64,000 bases of DNA from Yuukianura sp. NJ FZ-2021 (taxonomy: Eukaryota). The stretch covers positions 124,001 through 188,000 of the forward strand of contig JAJCTO010000009.1 in the NCBI GenBank assembly GCA_046563655.1, written 5' to 3'. Both the position numbers and the translations under genes were made by a program. Position 1 is the stretch's first letter; every line of letters starts with the position of its first letter. Below the pieces are notes generated by a model. The model was not told where the DNA came from, ran no database searches, and saw only the letters and a program-made list of their open reading frames with translations. Below, one piece after another: positions 25,601 to 36,700 of this stretch.

Positions 25601-26235
25601 AGTTGAATTGGATTTCCCTCGGTTTCGATTTCATGTCGAGTGAGATCGGTTCTTCCGCTCAAGTTGTCGTTCCTTGCGACTTCGGGAAATTTTTGGATGA
25701 TTTGAAGTATTCTTGCTTCTTTTTCATCGATTGGTGTTTTTCCGTCTGGTTGTTCATGAGTAATGCTGAAGACAACAGCATTTTGACGGTTTTTGAATGA
25801 GAATATTGTTGGAAGTTTGTCTTCTGGATTGGATTTAAACCAGAACTTTTCTCCTGAAACGTCCAGGATAATTTCATGTTTCTTCATCACATCTTTGCCG
25901 ATTATTAGAGGGAATGGAAGTGTCTCCATTACGTAGGCATTTGTGATAATGAGTTTGTTTTGAATTTTGAATTGGAGTCGAATTGATCCAATTGGTTGAA
26001 TTTTTTCATTGTTTGCAATAACTAGTCTCACATTATTGCTGGAGTTGAAGTTCTTTTGAATTTTCTTGGCTACTCTTTCGTGAATGAGAGTATAGTCGCT
26101 TCCAGTATCGAATATGGCTTCGATTTCCGGAGTTTTTGATAGAATTAAAGATGTTGCACCTTGGTTTGTTTCGAATTTGAGAATTGGGAGTAGATAAGAA
26201 GGTGCTGGGAGCTTATCTTCCCTTAGCAGTTTGAC
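22663..26235 (-). CDS. pol: Gypsy Pol (aspartic protease, RT, RNase H, integrase with GPY/F), probably translated by -1 frameshift from gag
   Basis: The frame extends upstream of the track start to include the protease site AIFDTGS (about 26101-26115). RT motifs LDMNSGFWQ, MPMGLKNSP, FVDD. RNase H motifs CDAS, EKE, TDN, ADALSR. Integrase HHCC, D-D-E core and WEGPY. Confidence 0.96.
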   Translation of the reverse strand, partial: VKLLREDKLPAPSYLLPILKFETNQGATSLILSKTPEIEAIFDTGSDYTLIHERVAKKIQKNFNSSNNVRLVIANNEKIQPIGSIRLQFKIQNKLIITNAYVMETLPFPLIIGKDVMKKHEIILDVSGEKFWFKSNPEDKLPTIFSFKNRQNAVVFSITHEQPDGKTPIDEKEARILQIIQKFPEVARNDNLSGRTDLTRHEIETEGNPIQLRPYKYPPNLRNAMNEEIDQLMKKGMVRHSRSPYSAPVVLEKKKNSDKYRLCINYIKLNASMKKNAGPMDNCNSILRTIPPNHWYTVLDMNSGFWQIPMHENSIEKTAFITQDGHYEFLVMPMGLKNSPKTFTSLMRIVFQGYVDVFIKIFVDDILIYSPTLEEHYKHLEMALERLKEAKLTINRLKSVWAQKEVQYIGHIAGPEGITKQPSKVKAITEFPTPQCKQDILRFHGMCAWYASFIRNFSQKAEPMYQLLRKNTKWKWGPEQEKSFQEMKKAMAEEVILKTIDYSKPIIMQCDASENGLGAVLLQEVDGKERPIMFASKSLKKSERSAHIHEKELYAIIFAYDKFREFIEGHPFIIETDNKAVSYLNSMKNKKAKLTKWAIEITSWDATLRFRKGSENVVADALSRASLPEQPNDPDMLQDRDNILVPTFLLVYCTPSMEDIAAEQKKDPGLTKIINELTVAKNARPSITSNYVVTRNVLFRKIKPFKGTTTTLPKSTQVKTKFKQEAICLKPNCLHPKTVITATKPKLSPEKTAEERSHEPQTQLVNSKNTKNDKDPYKNEEKTMVPVIPEHMKTKIMEIFHDSPEAGHFGRTKTLERIKQRCYWNNMNREIANFVKTCDKCQRVKISNQKPHGELGFAKPPSEVFGTIHVDYQGPFPTSAGGRQCKYLLVVLDELSKWVELFPMTAATAKKTEEILENQIFCRFGAPHTIISDHGSQYTSTIIADLCEKWKIKHRMVAEYHPQANHSERTNRSIKTMIQAYIEDSHHKWDENLQKFALALRTVTNETTKVTPALLNLGREIPLPFDRNLQEGPTKFDYEKAQKVPDQLKELIEYVRENMTKAHEKNKIHYDKAHRQVTFNEGDFILIKTHILSNKDEGIAQKLSHRWEGPYKIGKKATPITYEILRIDDNSHVGRRHVSQIKLYFKRKIKSNSNKVSSNVSETLNMENEPQSRLRRHTRVNYRTLAGYRK

Positions 26236-27680
26236 TGCGAGTTTGATGGCTGGGGTTGGTGTTTTTGTTCAGTATTTGCATTGTAATTTTCATACTCTTC
26301 AAAGTACTCCTCTTGAGTTACTAAGGCTGTGCCTTGTTTACTGGGACATTGACGCGCAATGTGTCCGTAACCCCGACATTTTCTACATTGGACGCCATCT
26401 TGGTTGTTAGTTTGTTGTTCATTGTTTGAATTGTTTGGATACGGTCGGCTTTGGCTGGCTGGGTTGCCTCTTGAATTACCTCGAGTGTAATTCGAACGGT
26501 AATTTGGATCATAATTTCGTCCTTTGTAATTTGGATTGATGTTTTGGGTACTACTGTTGTTGCCTCCTCGGCCTCTGTTTGATCCACGATTACCACGGTT
26601 GCCACGACCTCTGTAATTTCCGCGTTGGGAATTTTCAGTTTGTTGATTTTCTGTTTGTTGGCCGTCAGTTTGATTTGTTTCTTGAGTTTCGGCATTTTGG
26701 GATCTAGTATTGTAGTAAGTACGGCCTCTTCCTTTGCCTCTGTAACCTCCTCGCCCACGGAAATTTCTTCCACGTGAGTAGTAGTTTGAGGACTGACTTT
26801 GATCTTCATTTTGATCATTTTGATTATTTTTGAATTTCTTTTCTTCAATGTTGCTCAATGCTGGAGCTACGATTGGTGGGAGTTTGTCGTTGCTTTTGCT
26901 TGATTTGTCCAATGCTGCCAAATTGTCGTGTACGGCTCTGCAAGCGTCAAACAAATCTTGTGGCGAATCGTATTCGTTAGTTCCAAGCATATTTCTGATT
27001 CTGGGGTGTAGTGAGGCTTGGACTCTAATGAGTGATTCTGAAGTTGGTTCATTTGGATAGCAGAGTCTCGAAAGTCTGAGCATTTCGTAGATGTGTGTTT
27101 CAGTTGGCTCATGTATCAATTGGACTTTGTTGGTTAAATATTTGATTCTGTTTCGGTGTTCCATTGGATTGTCGAATCTTCTCATAAATTCGTGTTTGAA
27201 TCCTCTCCAAGTGTCTGTTTCTGTTCTGACATGTTCCCACCATGCCTGTGATTCTTGTGGTAAAATTGATTTGACCATGTATAACCACTGTTGGGGTGGA
27301 TAGCCTTGACCTTTGAGGTATCGTTCTGCATCTTTGAGGAACGATTCGGCTGTAGATTTTTTTGGATTAAATTTGGGAATTGGAATTTGAGCTTGGACAG
27401 TCGTTAGGCGTACTGTTTGTAGTGCTTCTGTGAGGGTTTCAATTGAAACTGTTTGATTTGCTCCTGATTGTGACATACTGGAATGTCTAGATGCATCGGG
27501 TTCTTCTGGGATACGAGGCAATTGTTTTGGCATTATCTTTTGAGTGTTGCTTCTGGCTGTGTCAGCAATGTTGATCGCAACCTGGATCATTTTTGCTAGT
27601 TGGGCCAATTGTTCATCAGTAAAGGCTGAACTTTGCGCTTTTGTGCTGCTTGGGCCAGGTTTTTCTTTATGGCGGCCCAT
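26223..27680 (-). CDS. gag: Gypsy Gag (capsid, RG/N-rich region, CCHC knuckle)
   Basis: Capsid-like PKFNP...FLKDAERY...WWE...TWRGFKHEFMRRF, knuckle CRKCRGYGHIARQC, directly upstream of pol. Confidence 0.93.
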   Translation of the reverse strand: MGRHKEKPGPSSTKAQSSAFTDEQLAQLAKMIQVAINIADTARSNTQKIMPKQLPRIPEEPDASRHSSMSQSGANQTVSIETLTEALQTVRLTTVQAQIPIPKFNPKKSTAESFLKDAERYLKGQGYPPQQWLYMVKSILPQESQAWWEHVRTETDTWRGFKHEFMRRFDNPMEHRNRIKYLTNKVQLIHEPTETHIYEMLRLSRLCYPNEPTSESLIRVQASLHPRIRNMLGTNEYDSPQDLFDACRAVHDNLAALDKSSKSNDKLPPIVAPALSNIEEKKFKNNQNDQNEDQSQSSNYYSRGRNFRGRGGYRGKGRGRTYYNTRSQNAETQETNQTDGQQTENQQTENSQRGNYRGRGNRGNRGSNRGRGGNNSSTQNINPNYKGRNYDPNYRSNYTRGNSRGNPASQSRPYPNNSNNEQQTNNQDGVQCRKCRGYGHIARQCPSKQGTALVTQEEYFEEYENYNANTEQKHQPQPSNSQSNC

Positions 27681-27910
27681 CCCTGTTTTGGTTTTCTTAG
27701 CCTTCTTTTTCTTTTCTTTGGTGGATCTTCAGCCTCTAAGTCCCGAAAGACGTTCTCGTCGTCATCTTCTTCTAGATCGATTTGTTGTTGCTCCATTTCT
27801 TGTTGTTCTTCTGATGTGGACATCGTACTTCCTCGTTTACGGCCACTTCTGGTTGTGCTGACGTATTCAGGATCAAGGGGTTTCAAGTTTTTCAAATCTC
27901 GAATGCTCAT
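27596..27910 (-). CDS. Short acidic/basic ORF overlapping the gag start; may be the frameshifted Gag N-terminus
   Basis: 104-aa ORF with an acidic tract and PPKKRKRR. The gag frame opens 16 codons before its ATG, within an A-rich tract shared with this ORF. Confidence 0.4.
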   Translation of the reverse strand: MSIRDLKNLKPLDPEYVSTTRSGRKRGSTMSTSEEQQEMEQQQIDLEEDDDENVFRDLEAEDPPKKRKRRLRKPKQGWAAIKKNLAQAAQKRKVQPLLMNNWPN

Positions 27911-27929
27911 TGGACTGTCATTTGCTCTC

Positions 27930-28662
27930 GGGTTACCTTAACCAGGTTACCCTGTGGATTACCTTAACCAGGTTATCCTGTGGATTACTTTAACCAAGTT
28001 ATCCTGTTTTTGTGGATTACTTTAACCAAGTTATCCTGTGGACTACTTTAACCAAGTTATCCTGTTTTTGGATTACTTTAACCAAGTTATCCTCTTTTTG
28101 GATTACTTTAACCAAGTTATCCTGTGGATTACTTTAACCAAGTTATCCTGTTTTTGGATTACTTTAACCAAGTTATCCTGTTTTTGGATTACTTTAACCA
28201 AGTTATCCTGTTTTTGGATTACTTTAACCAAGTTATCCTGTGGATTACTTTAACCAAGTTATCCTGTTTTTGGATTACTTTAACCAAGTTATCCTGTGGA
28301 TTACTTTAACCAAGTTATCCTGTTTTTGGATTACTTTAACCAAGTTATCCTGTGGATTACTTTAACCAAGTTATCCTGTTTTTGGATTACTTTAACCAAG
28401 TTATCCTGTGGATTACTTTAACCAAGTTATCCTGTGGATTACTTTAACCAAGTTATCCTGTTTTTGGATTACTTTAACCAAGTTATCCTGTGGATTACTT
28501 TAACCAAGTTATCCTGTGGATTACCTTGACCAGGTTATCCTGTTTTGGATTACTTTGACCAAGTTATCCTATTTTTGGATTACTTTCACCAAGTTATCCT
28601 GTTGTTGGATTACTTTCACCAAGTTATCCTGTATTTGGATTACTTTCACCAAGTTATCCTGT
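27930..28662. repeat. Minisatellite of about 26 palindromic 26/30-bp units in the retrotransposon 5' UTR
   Basis: Unit GGATTACTT-TAACC-AAGTTATCC followed by TGT or TGTTTTT. Confidence 0.95.
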
Positions 28663-29308
28663 TAACTGTTAAATTTAATTTCAATGAATTTAATTTTAAT
28701 CCGGTTACGAATTGCAATTTTCCGAAATTTGTGTCCTTAATGTGCCACCATAAGGAACGTTAATTAGTTGTTTTTGTTTTTTTGACTTTTGCAAAAAAAA
28801 CTTTAATTTTTGAGTTTTTGTGTCATTACTGGGCCTCCGTAGTGAAACTTTACGGTAAGTTATTTTTTGTAATTAGTCATCAATTGTTTTCCGTCTTTTT
28901 GAACTTTTTGCAATTGTATTTTGGTTTTTTGTACTTTACTAGACTTTGTAGTAAGATGTGTGTTTTGTTTTCTTTCCGTGCGGCCGTTTGTAGAAAGATA
29001 TGTAAATTATCTGTCGTTAACTGCCGTTATCTGTCGTGGGATTTGTGAAAGAAAAAAATCTCTCTTTTTTTTTTTTTTTCTGTACTTTTGCCAAAATGGC
29101 GGCGATGTCACGCCGTGACCTTTTGCGTATCCCACGCGCTCTGTGACCTCAGGGGTCAATCACCAATTGACAATTTGATCAATTTATGTGTGTTTGTACC
29201 TCTTTGGTTCTTAGAAGTTGGCCTCTTCCTCCTTTTTTGGCTCTGTTTCTTCTTTTTCGTCTGACTGCTTCCCGGAAGTGAGATTCGGCTGGCTGTCGGA
29301 TCGGCAGG

Positions 29309-29553
29309 TGAGACGGAAGTGACGGTGAGAGGTCTTCGCTAGACTACGGCGATGACCTGCGATGTGTGACCTCGATGACACAAGATGAAGATGCCAATAA
29401 ATGAATGCTACAAATCTGAACTGAATATTTGGTGGGGAGATGCTCTCCCTATGAATACCATTTATTGACTGAATGTATGAATCCTACCTATTCATATATG
29501 TGTGCTTAGCCTAGTCTTCCCGCGCTTCCTTGTGTGTGTCTCGTCCCGTCACA
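29309..29553 (-). repeat. 5' LTR (245 bp)
   Basis: Direct repeat of 20144-20388. The minus strand has CATATATGAA, a TCAGT initiator-like motif and AATAAA. Confidence 0.97.
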
Positions 29554-29873
29554 AAGGGTCGGTTTTTCCCAGAAGTTCCATCGACGTGTGAGTTATCATG
29601 ATTTATGATGTCAAAGTGAAAACTCATGGGTTGCATCTGAAGTGAAGGCATGCTTGACACTTCACCGGCACTTCTAGTTTGAGCTCAAGGATGGACGCTG
29701 ACAACATGTTTTTCAACGTGTGATTTAGTCAGTTATGCAGTACGACGAAGTGGACCGTTATTTGATGAATACCAAGAATTTTGGTATGAGCGGTAACAAG
29801 GCATAAGTTCCATTTTTCACAACGTTTAACACCTTGTTGTATAGTTTCAACCCTAAGTTAAACCTAAATCGTA
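29554..29873. repeat. 510-bp satellite, partial unit between the two insertions
   Basis: Continues the unit interrupted at 20143. Confidence 0.95.
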
Positions 29874-30784
29874 CCGTATTTTCCCTAATAGTACACCATA
29901 CCTAAATAGTACACCAGGTCCCTAATAGTACACCAGGTCCAGGGCCCGAAAAATTAATTAGTACACCGTCCCAAATAGTACACCAGGTCTCTAATAGTAC
30001 ACCGGGTCTTTGGTCTTTGGTAATACACCCAAGGAGTATGCCCAGTGTTGCTGTATGCTTAAACATCCAGTGGCTTAATCCATCCGGATGTCCAATAGAA
30101 TAAATGGGGTTGTAGTGGACGGTGAATGCAACAAATTAAAAATTCAGCGGAGTTCAAATAAATTTAAGTTAACTATTATAAAATAATTTATTTGCATTTT
30201 AAACCGTCTCTTGATATGCGCACCCATTGACGAAATATCGAAAAAGTGGATTTCCAGCAACTCTGAGTATACGCCTACTGGAAAAGTTTGGCTATATTTA
30301 ATTAAATTACAGTGTTGGTGGATGGATAAAATACTTCTTCCACTTCCTCAAAAGTGCTGGATATATCCGGATTTTCTTGGTTTCTTCCGGACGAAACTCA
30401 ATTTCGTCCATATGAAACTGGATTTCATCCGGATTTATCCATTTATCCAGTGGATATATCTTGGACGAAATGCTCAAAAAGTGGATATCCACCAACACAC
30501 TGATTAAATACAACAGAAAAAACATTAATGTTCTTTCTATCTTGTTCCTACACAAGCAATTCTACAAAATACACATCATTTACAGGCTTCTTTAAAATTT
30601 TTACAAGCAAAATTCGAATATTTCTTGCGTAATTTCAATGAGAGGTTAGTAAAAAATAATAAGCTTTTTGGAAAAAAGAATTAATACACCGTCCCTAATA
30701 GTACACCAGGTCTCTAATAGTACACCACCCCCAGAAGTCGAAAACAAAATTAGTACACCAGGTGTATTATTTGGGAAAATACGG
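29874..30784. mobile_element. Non-autonomous Tc1/mariner/pogo-type MITE (911 bp)
   Basis: TIRs CCGTATTTTCCC(T/A)AATA(G/A)TACACC. TA TSD at 29872-73 and 30785-86 inside the satellite AAATCG-TA-GTTAG. Many subterminal TAATAGTACACC repeats. No transposase. Confidence 0.92.
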
Positions 30785-33700
30785 TAGTTAGACTTATGCA
30801 CTTGCGGTATGGTGGAGTGTGGGCTAAAATACAATTTCGGACTATTGTTGGGCAGAAGTTTTCAGACATGATCTATTTAATGTGCAAGTTGGTAGGAAAT
30901 ATAAAAAAGTATTTTCCAAAAATTGTATCCAGAAATGGCCAAAAATGCTGAATGTTCATTTTTGATTTAGAAAATGTAAGGGTCGGTTTTTCCCAGAAGT
31001 TCCATCGACGTGTGAGTTATCATGATTTATGATGTCAAAGTGAAAACTCATGGGTTGCATCTGAAGTGAAGGCATGCTTGACACTTCACCGGCACTTCTA
31101 GTTTGAGCTCAAGGATGGACGCTGACAACATGTTTTTCAACGTGTGATTTAGTCAGTTATGCAGTACGACGAAGTGGACCGTTATTTGATGAATACCAAG
31201 AATTTTGGTATGAGCGGTAACAAGGCATAAGTTCCATTTTTCACAACGTTTAACACCTTGTTGTATAGTTTCAACCCTAAGTTAAACCTAAATCGTAGTT
31301 AGACTTATGCACTTGTGGTATGGTGGAGCTGGGCTAAAATACAATTTCGGACTATTGTTGGGCAGAAGTTTTCAGACATGATCTATTTAATGTGCAAGTT
31401 GGTAGGAAATATAAAAAAGTATTTTCCAAAAATTGTATCCAGAAATGGCCAAAAATGCTGAATGTTCATTTTTGATTTAGAAAATGTAAGGGTCGGTTTT
31501 TCCCAGAAGTTCCTTCGACGTGTGAGTTATCATGATTTATGATGTCAAAGTGAAAACTCATGGGTTGCATCTGAAGTGAAGGCATGCTTGACACTTCACC
31601 GGCACTTCTAGTTTGAGCTCAAGGATGGACGCTGACAACATGTTTTTCAACGTGTGATTTAGTCAGTTATGCAGTACGACGAAGTGGACTGTTATTTGAT
31701 GAATACCAAGAATTTTGGTATGAGCGGTAACAAGGCATAAGTTCCATTTTTCACAACGTTTAACACCTTGTTGTATAGTTTCAACCCTAAGTTAAACCTA
31801 AATCGTAGTTAGACTTATGCACTTGCGGTATGGTGGAGTGTGGGCTAAAATACAATTTCGGACTATTGTTGGGCAGAAGTTTTCAGACATGATCTATTTA
31901 ATGTGCAAGTTGGTAGGAAATATAAAAAAGTATTTTCCAAAAATTGTATCCAGAAATGGCCAAAAATGCTGAATGTTCATTTTTGATTTAGAAAATGTAA
32001 GGGTCGGTTTTTCCCAGAAGTTCCATCGACGTGTGAGTTATCATGATTTATGATGTCAAAGTGAAAACTCATGGGTTGCATCTGAAGTGAAGGCATGCTT
32101 GACACTTCACCGGCACTTCTAGTTTGAGCTCAAGGATGGACGCTGACAACATGTTTTTCAACGTGTGATTTAGTCAGTTATGCAGTACGACGAAGTGGAC
32201 CGTTATTTGATGAATACCAAGAATTTTGGTATGAGCGGTAACAAGGCATAAGTTCCATTTTTCACAACGTTTAACACCTTGTTGTATAGTTTCAACCCTA
32301 AGTTAAACCTAAATCGTAGTTAGACTTATGCACTTGTGGTATGGTGGAGCTGGGCTAAAATACAATTTCGGACTATTGTTGGGCAGAAGTTTTCAGACAT
32401 GATCTATTTAATGTGCAAGTTGGTAGGCAATATAAAAAAGTATTTTCCAAAAATTGTATCCAGAAATGGCCAAAAATGCTGAATGTTCGTTTTTGATTTA
32501 GAAAATGTAAGGGTCGGTTTTTCCCAGAAGTTCCATCGACGTGTGAGTTATCATGATTTATGATGTCAAAGTGAAAACTCATGGGTTGCATCTGAAATGA
32601 AGGCATGCTTGACACTTCACCGGCACTTCTAGTTTGAGCTCAAGGATGGACGCTGACAACATGTTTTTCAACGTGTGATTTAGTCAGTTATGCATTACGA
32701 CGAAGTGGACCGTTACTTGATGAATACCAAGAATTTTGGTATGAGCGGTAACAAGGCATAAGTTCCATTTTTCACAACGTTTAACACCTTGTTGTATAGT
32801 TTCAACCCTAAGTTAAACCTAAATCGTAGTTAGACTTATGCACTTGTGGTATGGTGGAGCTGGGCTAAAATACAATTTCGGACTATTGTTGGGCAGAAGT
32901 TTTCAGACATGATCTATTTAATGTGCAAGTTGGTAGGCAATATAAAAAAGTATTTTCCAAAAATTGTATCCAGAAATGGCCAAAAATGCTGAATGTTCAT
33001 TTTTGATTTAGAAAATGTAAGGGTCGGTTTTTCCCAGAAGTTCCATCGACGTGTGAGTTATCATGATTTATGATGTCAAAGTGAAAACTCATGGGTTGCA
33101 TCTGAAATGAAGGCATGCTTGACACTTCACCGGCACTTCTAGTTTGAGCTCAAGGATGGACGCTGACAACATGTTTTTCAACGTGTGATTTAGTCAGTTA
33201 TGCATTACGACGAAGTGGACCGTTATTTGATGAATACCAAGAATTTTGGTATGAGCGGTAACAAGGCATAAGTTCCATTTTTCACAACGTTTAACACCTT
33301 GTTGTATAGTTTCAACCCTAAGTTAAACCTAAATCGTAGTTAGACTTATGCACTTGTGGTATGGTGGAGCTGGGCTAAAATACAATTTCGGACTATTGTT
33401 GGGCAGAAGTTTTCAGACATGATCTATTTAATGTGCAAGTTGGTAGGCAATATAAAAAAGTATTTTCCAAAAATTGTATCCAGAAATGGCCAAAAATGCT
33501 GAATGTTCATTTTTGATTTAGAAAATGTAAGGGTCGGTTTTTCCCAGAAGTTCCATCGACGTGTGAGTTATCATGATTTATGATGTCAAAGTGAAAACTC
33601 ATGGGTTGCATCTGAAATGAAGGCATGCTTGACACTTCACCGGCACTTCTAGTTTGAGCTCAAGGATGGACGCTGACAACATGTTTTTCAACGTGTGATT

Positions 33701-36700
33701 TAGTCAGTTATGCATTACGACGAAGTGGACCGTTACTTGATGAATACCAAGAATTTTGGTATGAGCGGTAACAAGGCATAAGTTCCATTTTTCACAACGT
33801 TTGACACCTTGTTGTATAGTTTCAACCCTAAGTTAAACCTAAATCGTAGTTAGACTTATGCACTTGTGGTATGGTGGAGCTGGGCTAAAATACAATTTCG
33901 GACTATTGTTGGGCAGAAGTTTTCAGACATGATCTATTTAATGTGCAAGTTGGTAGGCAATATAAAAAAGTATTTTCCAAAAATTGTATCCAGAAATGGC
34001 CAAAAATGCTGAATGTTCATTTTTGATTTAGAAAATGTAAGGGTCGGTTTTTCCCAGAAGTTCCATCGACGTGTGAGTTATCATGATTTATGATGTCAAA
34101 GTGAAAACTCATGGGTTGCATCTGAAGTGAAGGCATGCTTGACACTTTACCGGCACTTCTAGTTTAAGCTCAAGGATGGACGCTGACAACATGTTTTTCA
34201 ACGTGTGATTTAGTCAGTTATGCATTACGACGAAGTGGACCGTTATTTGATGAATACCAAGAATTTTGGTATGAGCGGTAACAAGGCATAAGTTCCATGT
34301 TTCACAACGTTTAACACCTTGTTGTATAGTTTCAACCCTAAGTTAAACCTAAATCGTAGTTAGACTTATGCACTTGCGGTATGGTGGAGTGTGGGCTAAA
34401 ATACAATTTCGGACTATTGTTGGGCAGAAGTTTTCAGACATGATCTATTTAATGTGCAAGTTGGTAGGAAATATAAAAAAGTATTTTCCAAAAATTGTAT
34501 CCAGAAATGGCCAAAAATGCTGAATGTTCATTTTTGATTTAGAAAATGTAAGGGTCGGTTTTTCCCAGAAGTTCCATCGACGTGTGAGTTATCATGATTT
34601 ATGATGTCAAAGTGAAAACTCATGGGTTGCATCTGAAGTGAAGGCATGCTTGACACTTCACCGGCACTTCTAGTTTGAGCTCAAGGATGGACGCTGACAA
34701 CATGTTTTTCAACGTGTGATTTAGTCAGTTATGCAGTACGACGAAGTGGACCGTTATTTGATGAATACCAAGAATTTTGGTATGAGCGGTAACAAGGCAT
34801 AAGTTCCATTTTTCACAACGTTTAACACCTTGTTGTATAGTTTCAACCCTAAGTTAAACCTAAATCGTAGTTAGACTTATGCACTTGTGGTATGGTGGAG
34901 CTGGGCTAAAATACAATTTCGGACTATTGTTGGGCAGAAGTTTTCAGACATGATCTATTTAATGTGCAAGTTGGTAGGCAATATAAAAAAGTATTTTCCA
35001 AAAATTGTATCCAGAAATGGCCAAAAATGCTGAATGTTCATTTTTGATTTAGAAAATGTAAGGGTCGGGTTTTCCCAGAAGTTCCATCGACGTGTGAGTT
35101 ATCATGATTTATGATGTCAAAGTGAAAACTCATGGGTTGCATCTGAAATGAAGGCATGCTTGACACTTCACCGGCACTTCTAGTTTGAGCTCAAGGATGG
35201 ACGCTGACAACATGTTTTTCAACGTGTGATTTAGTCAGTTATGCATTACGACGAAGTGGACCGTTACTTGATGAATACCAAGAATTTTGGTATGAGCGGT
35301 AACAAGGCATAAGTTCCATTTTTCACAACGTTTAACACCTTGTTGTATAGTTTCAACCCTAAGTTAAACCTAAATCGTAGTTAGACTTATGCACTTGTGG
35401 TATGGTGGAGCTGGGCTAAAATACAATTTCGGACTATTGTTGGGCAGAAGTTTTCAGACATGATCTATTTAGTGTGCAAGTTGGTAGGCAATATAAAAAA
35501 GTATTTTCCAAAAATTGTATCCAGAAATGGCCAAAAATGCTGAATGTTCATTTTTGATTTAGAAAATGTAAGGGTCGGTTTTTCCCAGAAGTTCCATCGA
35601 CGTGTGAGTTATCATGATTTATGATGTCAAAGTGAAAACTCATGGGTTGCATCTGAAATGAAGGCATGCTTGACACTTCACCGGCACTTCTAGTTTGAGC
35701 TCAAGGATGGACGCTGACAACATGTTTTTCAACGTGTGATTTAGTCAGTTATGCATTACGACGAAGTGGACCGTTACTTGATGAATACCAAGAATTTTGG
35801 TATGAGCGGTAACAAGGCATAAGTTCCATTTTTCACAACGTTTAACACCTTGTTGTATAGTTTCAACCCTAAGTTAAACCTAAATCGTAGTTAGACTTAT
35901 GCACTTGTGGTATGGTGGAGCTGGGCTAAAATACAATTTCGGACTATTGTTGGGCAGAAGTTTTCAGACATGATCTATTTAGTGTGCAAGTTGGTAGGCA
36001 ATATAAAAAAGTATTTTCCAAAAATTGTATCCAGAAATGGCCAAAAATGCTGAATGTTCATTTTTGATTTAGAAAATGTAAGGGTCGGTTTTTCCCAGAA
36101 GTTCCATCGACGTGTGAGTTGTCATGATTCATGGTGTCAAAATGAGAACTCATCGTTTACATGTAAAGTGAAGGCGTGCTTGACACTTTACCGGCACTTC
36201 TAGTTTAAGCTCAAGGATGGACGCTGACAACATGTTTTTCAACGTGTGATTTAGTCGGTTATGCAGTACGACGAAGTGGACCGTTATTTGATGAATACCA
36301 AGAATTTTGGTATGAGCGGTAACAAGGCATAAGTTCCATTTTTCACAACGTTTAACACCTTGTTGTATAGTTTCAACCCTAAGTTAAACCTAAATCGTAG
36401 TTAGACTTATGCACTTGTGGTATGGTGGAGCTGGGCTAAAATACAATTTCGGACTATTGTTGGGCAGAAGTTTTCAGACATGATCTATTTAATGTGCAAG
36501 TTGGTAGGCAATATAAAAAAGTATTTTCCAAAAATTGTATCCAGAAATGGCCAAAAATGCTGAATGTTCATTTTTGATTTAGAAAATGTAAGGGTCGGTT
36601 TTTCCCAGAAGTTCCATCGACGTGTGAGTTATCATGATTTATGATGTCAAAGTGAAAACTCATGGGTTGCATCTGAAATGAAGGCATGCTTGACACTTCA

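Larger units (their letters stand above)
20144..29553 (-). mobile_element. Full-length Ty3/Gypsy LTR retrotransposon (gag, pol, extra exonuclease ORF) inserted in the satellite
   Basis: Two 245-bp LTRs (TG...CA). 4-bp TSD AAGG (20140-20143 and 29554-29557) within the satellite sequence TGT-AAGG-GTCGG. Pol order PR-RT-RH-IN. Confidence 0.97.

Noticed and set aside
27930..28662. CRISPR-like array of palindromic ~30-bp repeats
   Set aside because: No unique spacers (only TGT or TGTTTTT), no cas genes, eukaryotic LTR context.
28038..28763. ORFs MDYFNQVILFL... in the track
   Set aside because: Translations of the minisatellite.
32373..32615. 80-aa ORF within the satellite
   Set aside because: Chance open frame in a satellite variant. 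No evidence that the 510-mer codes.
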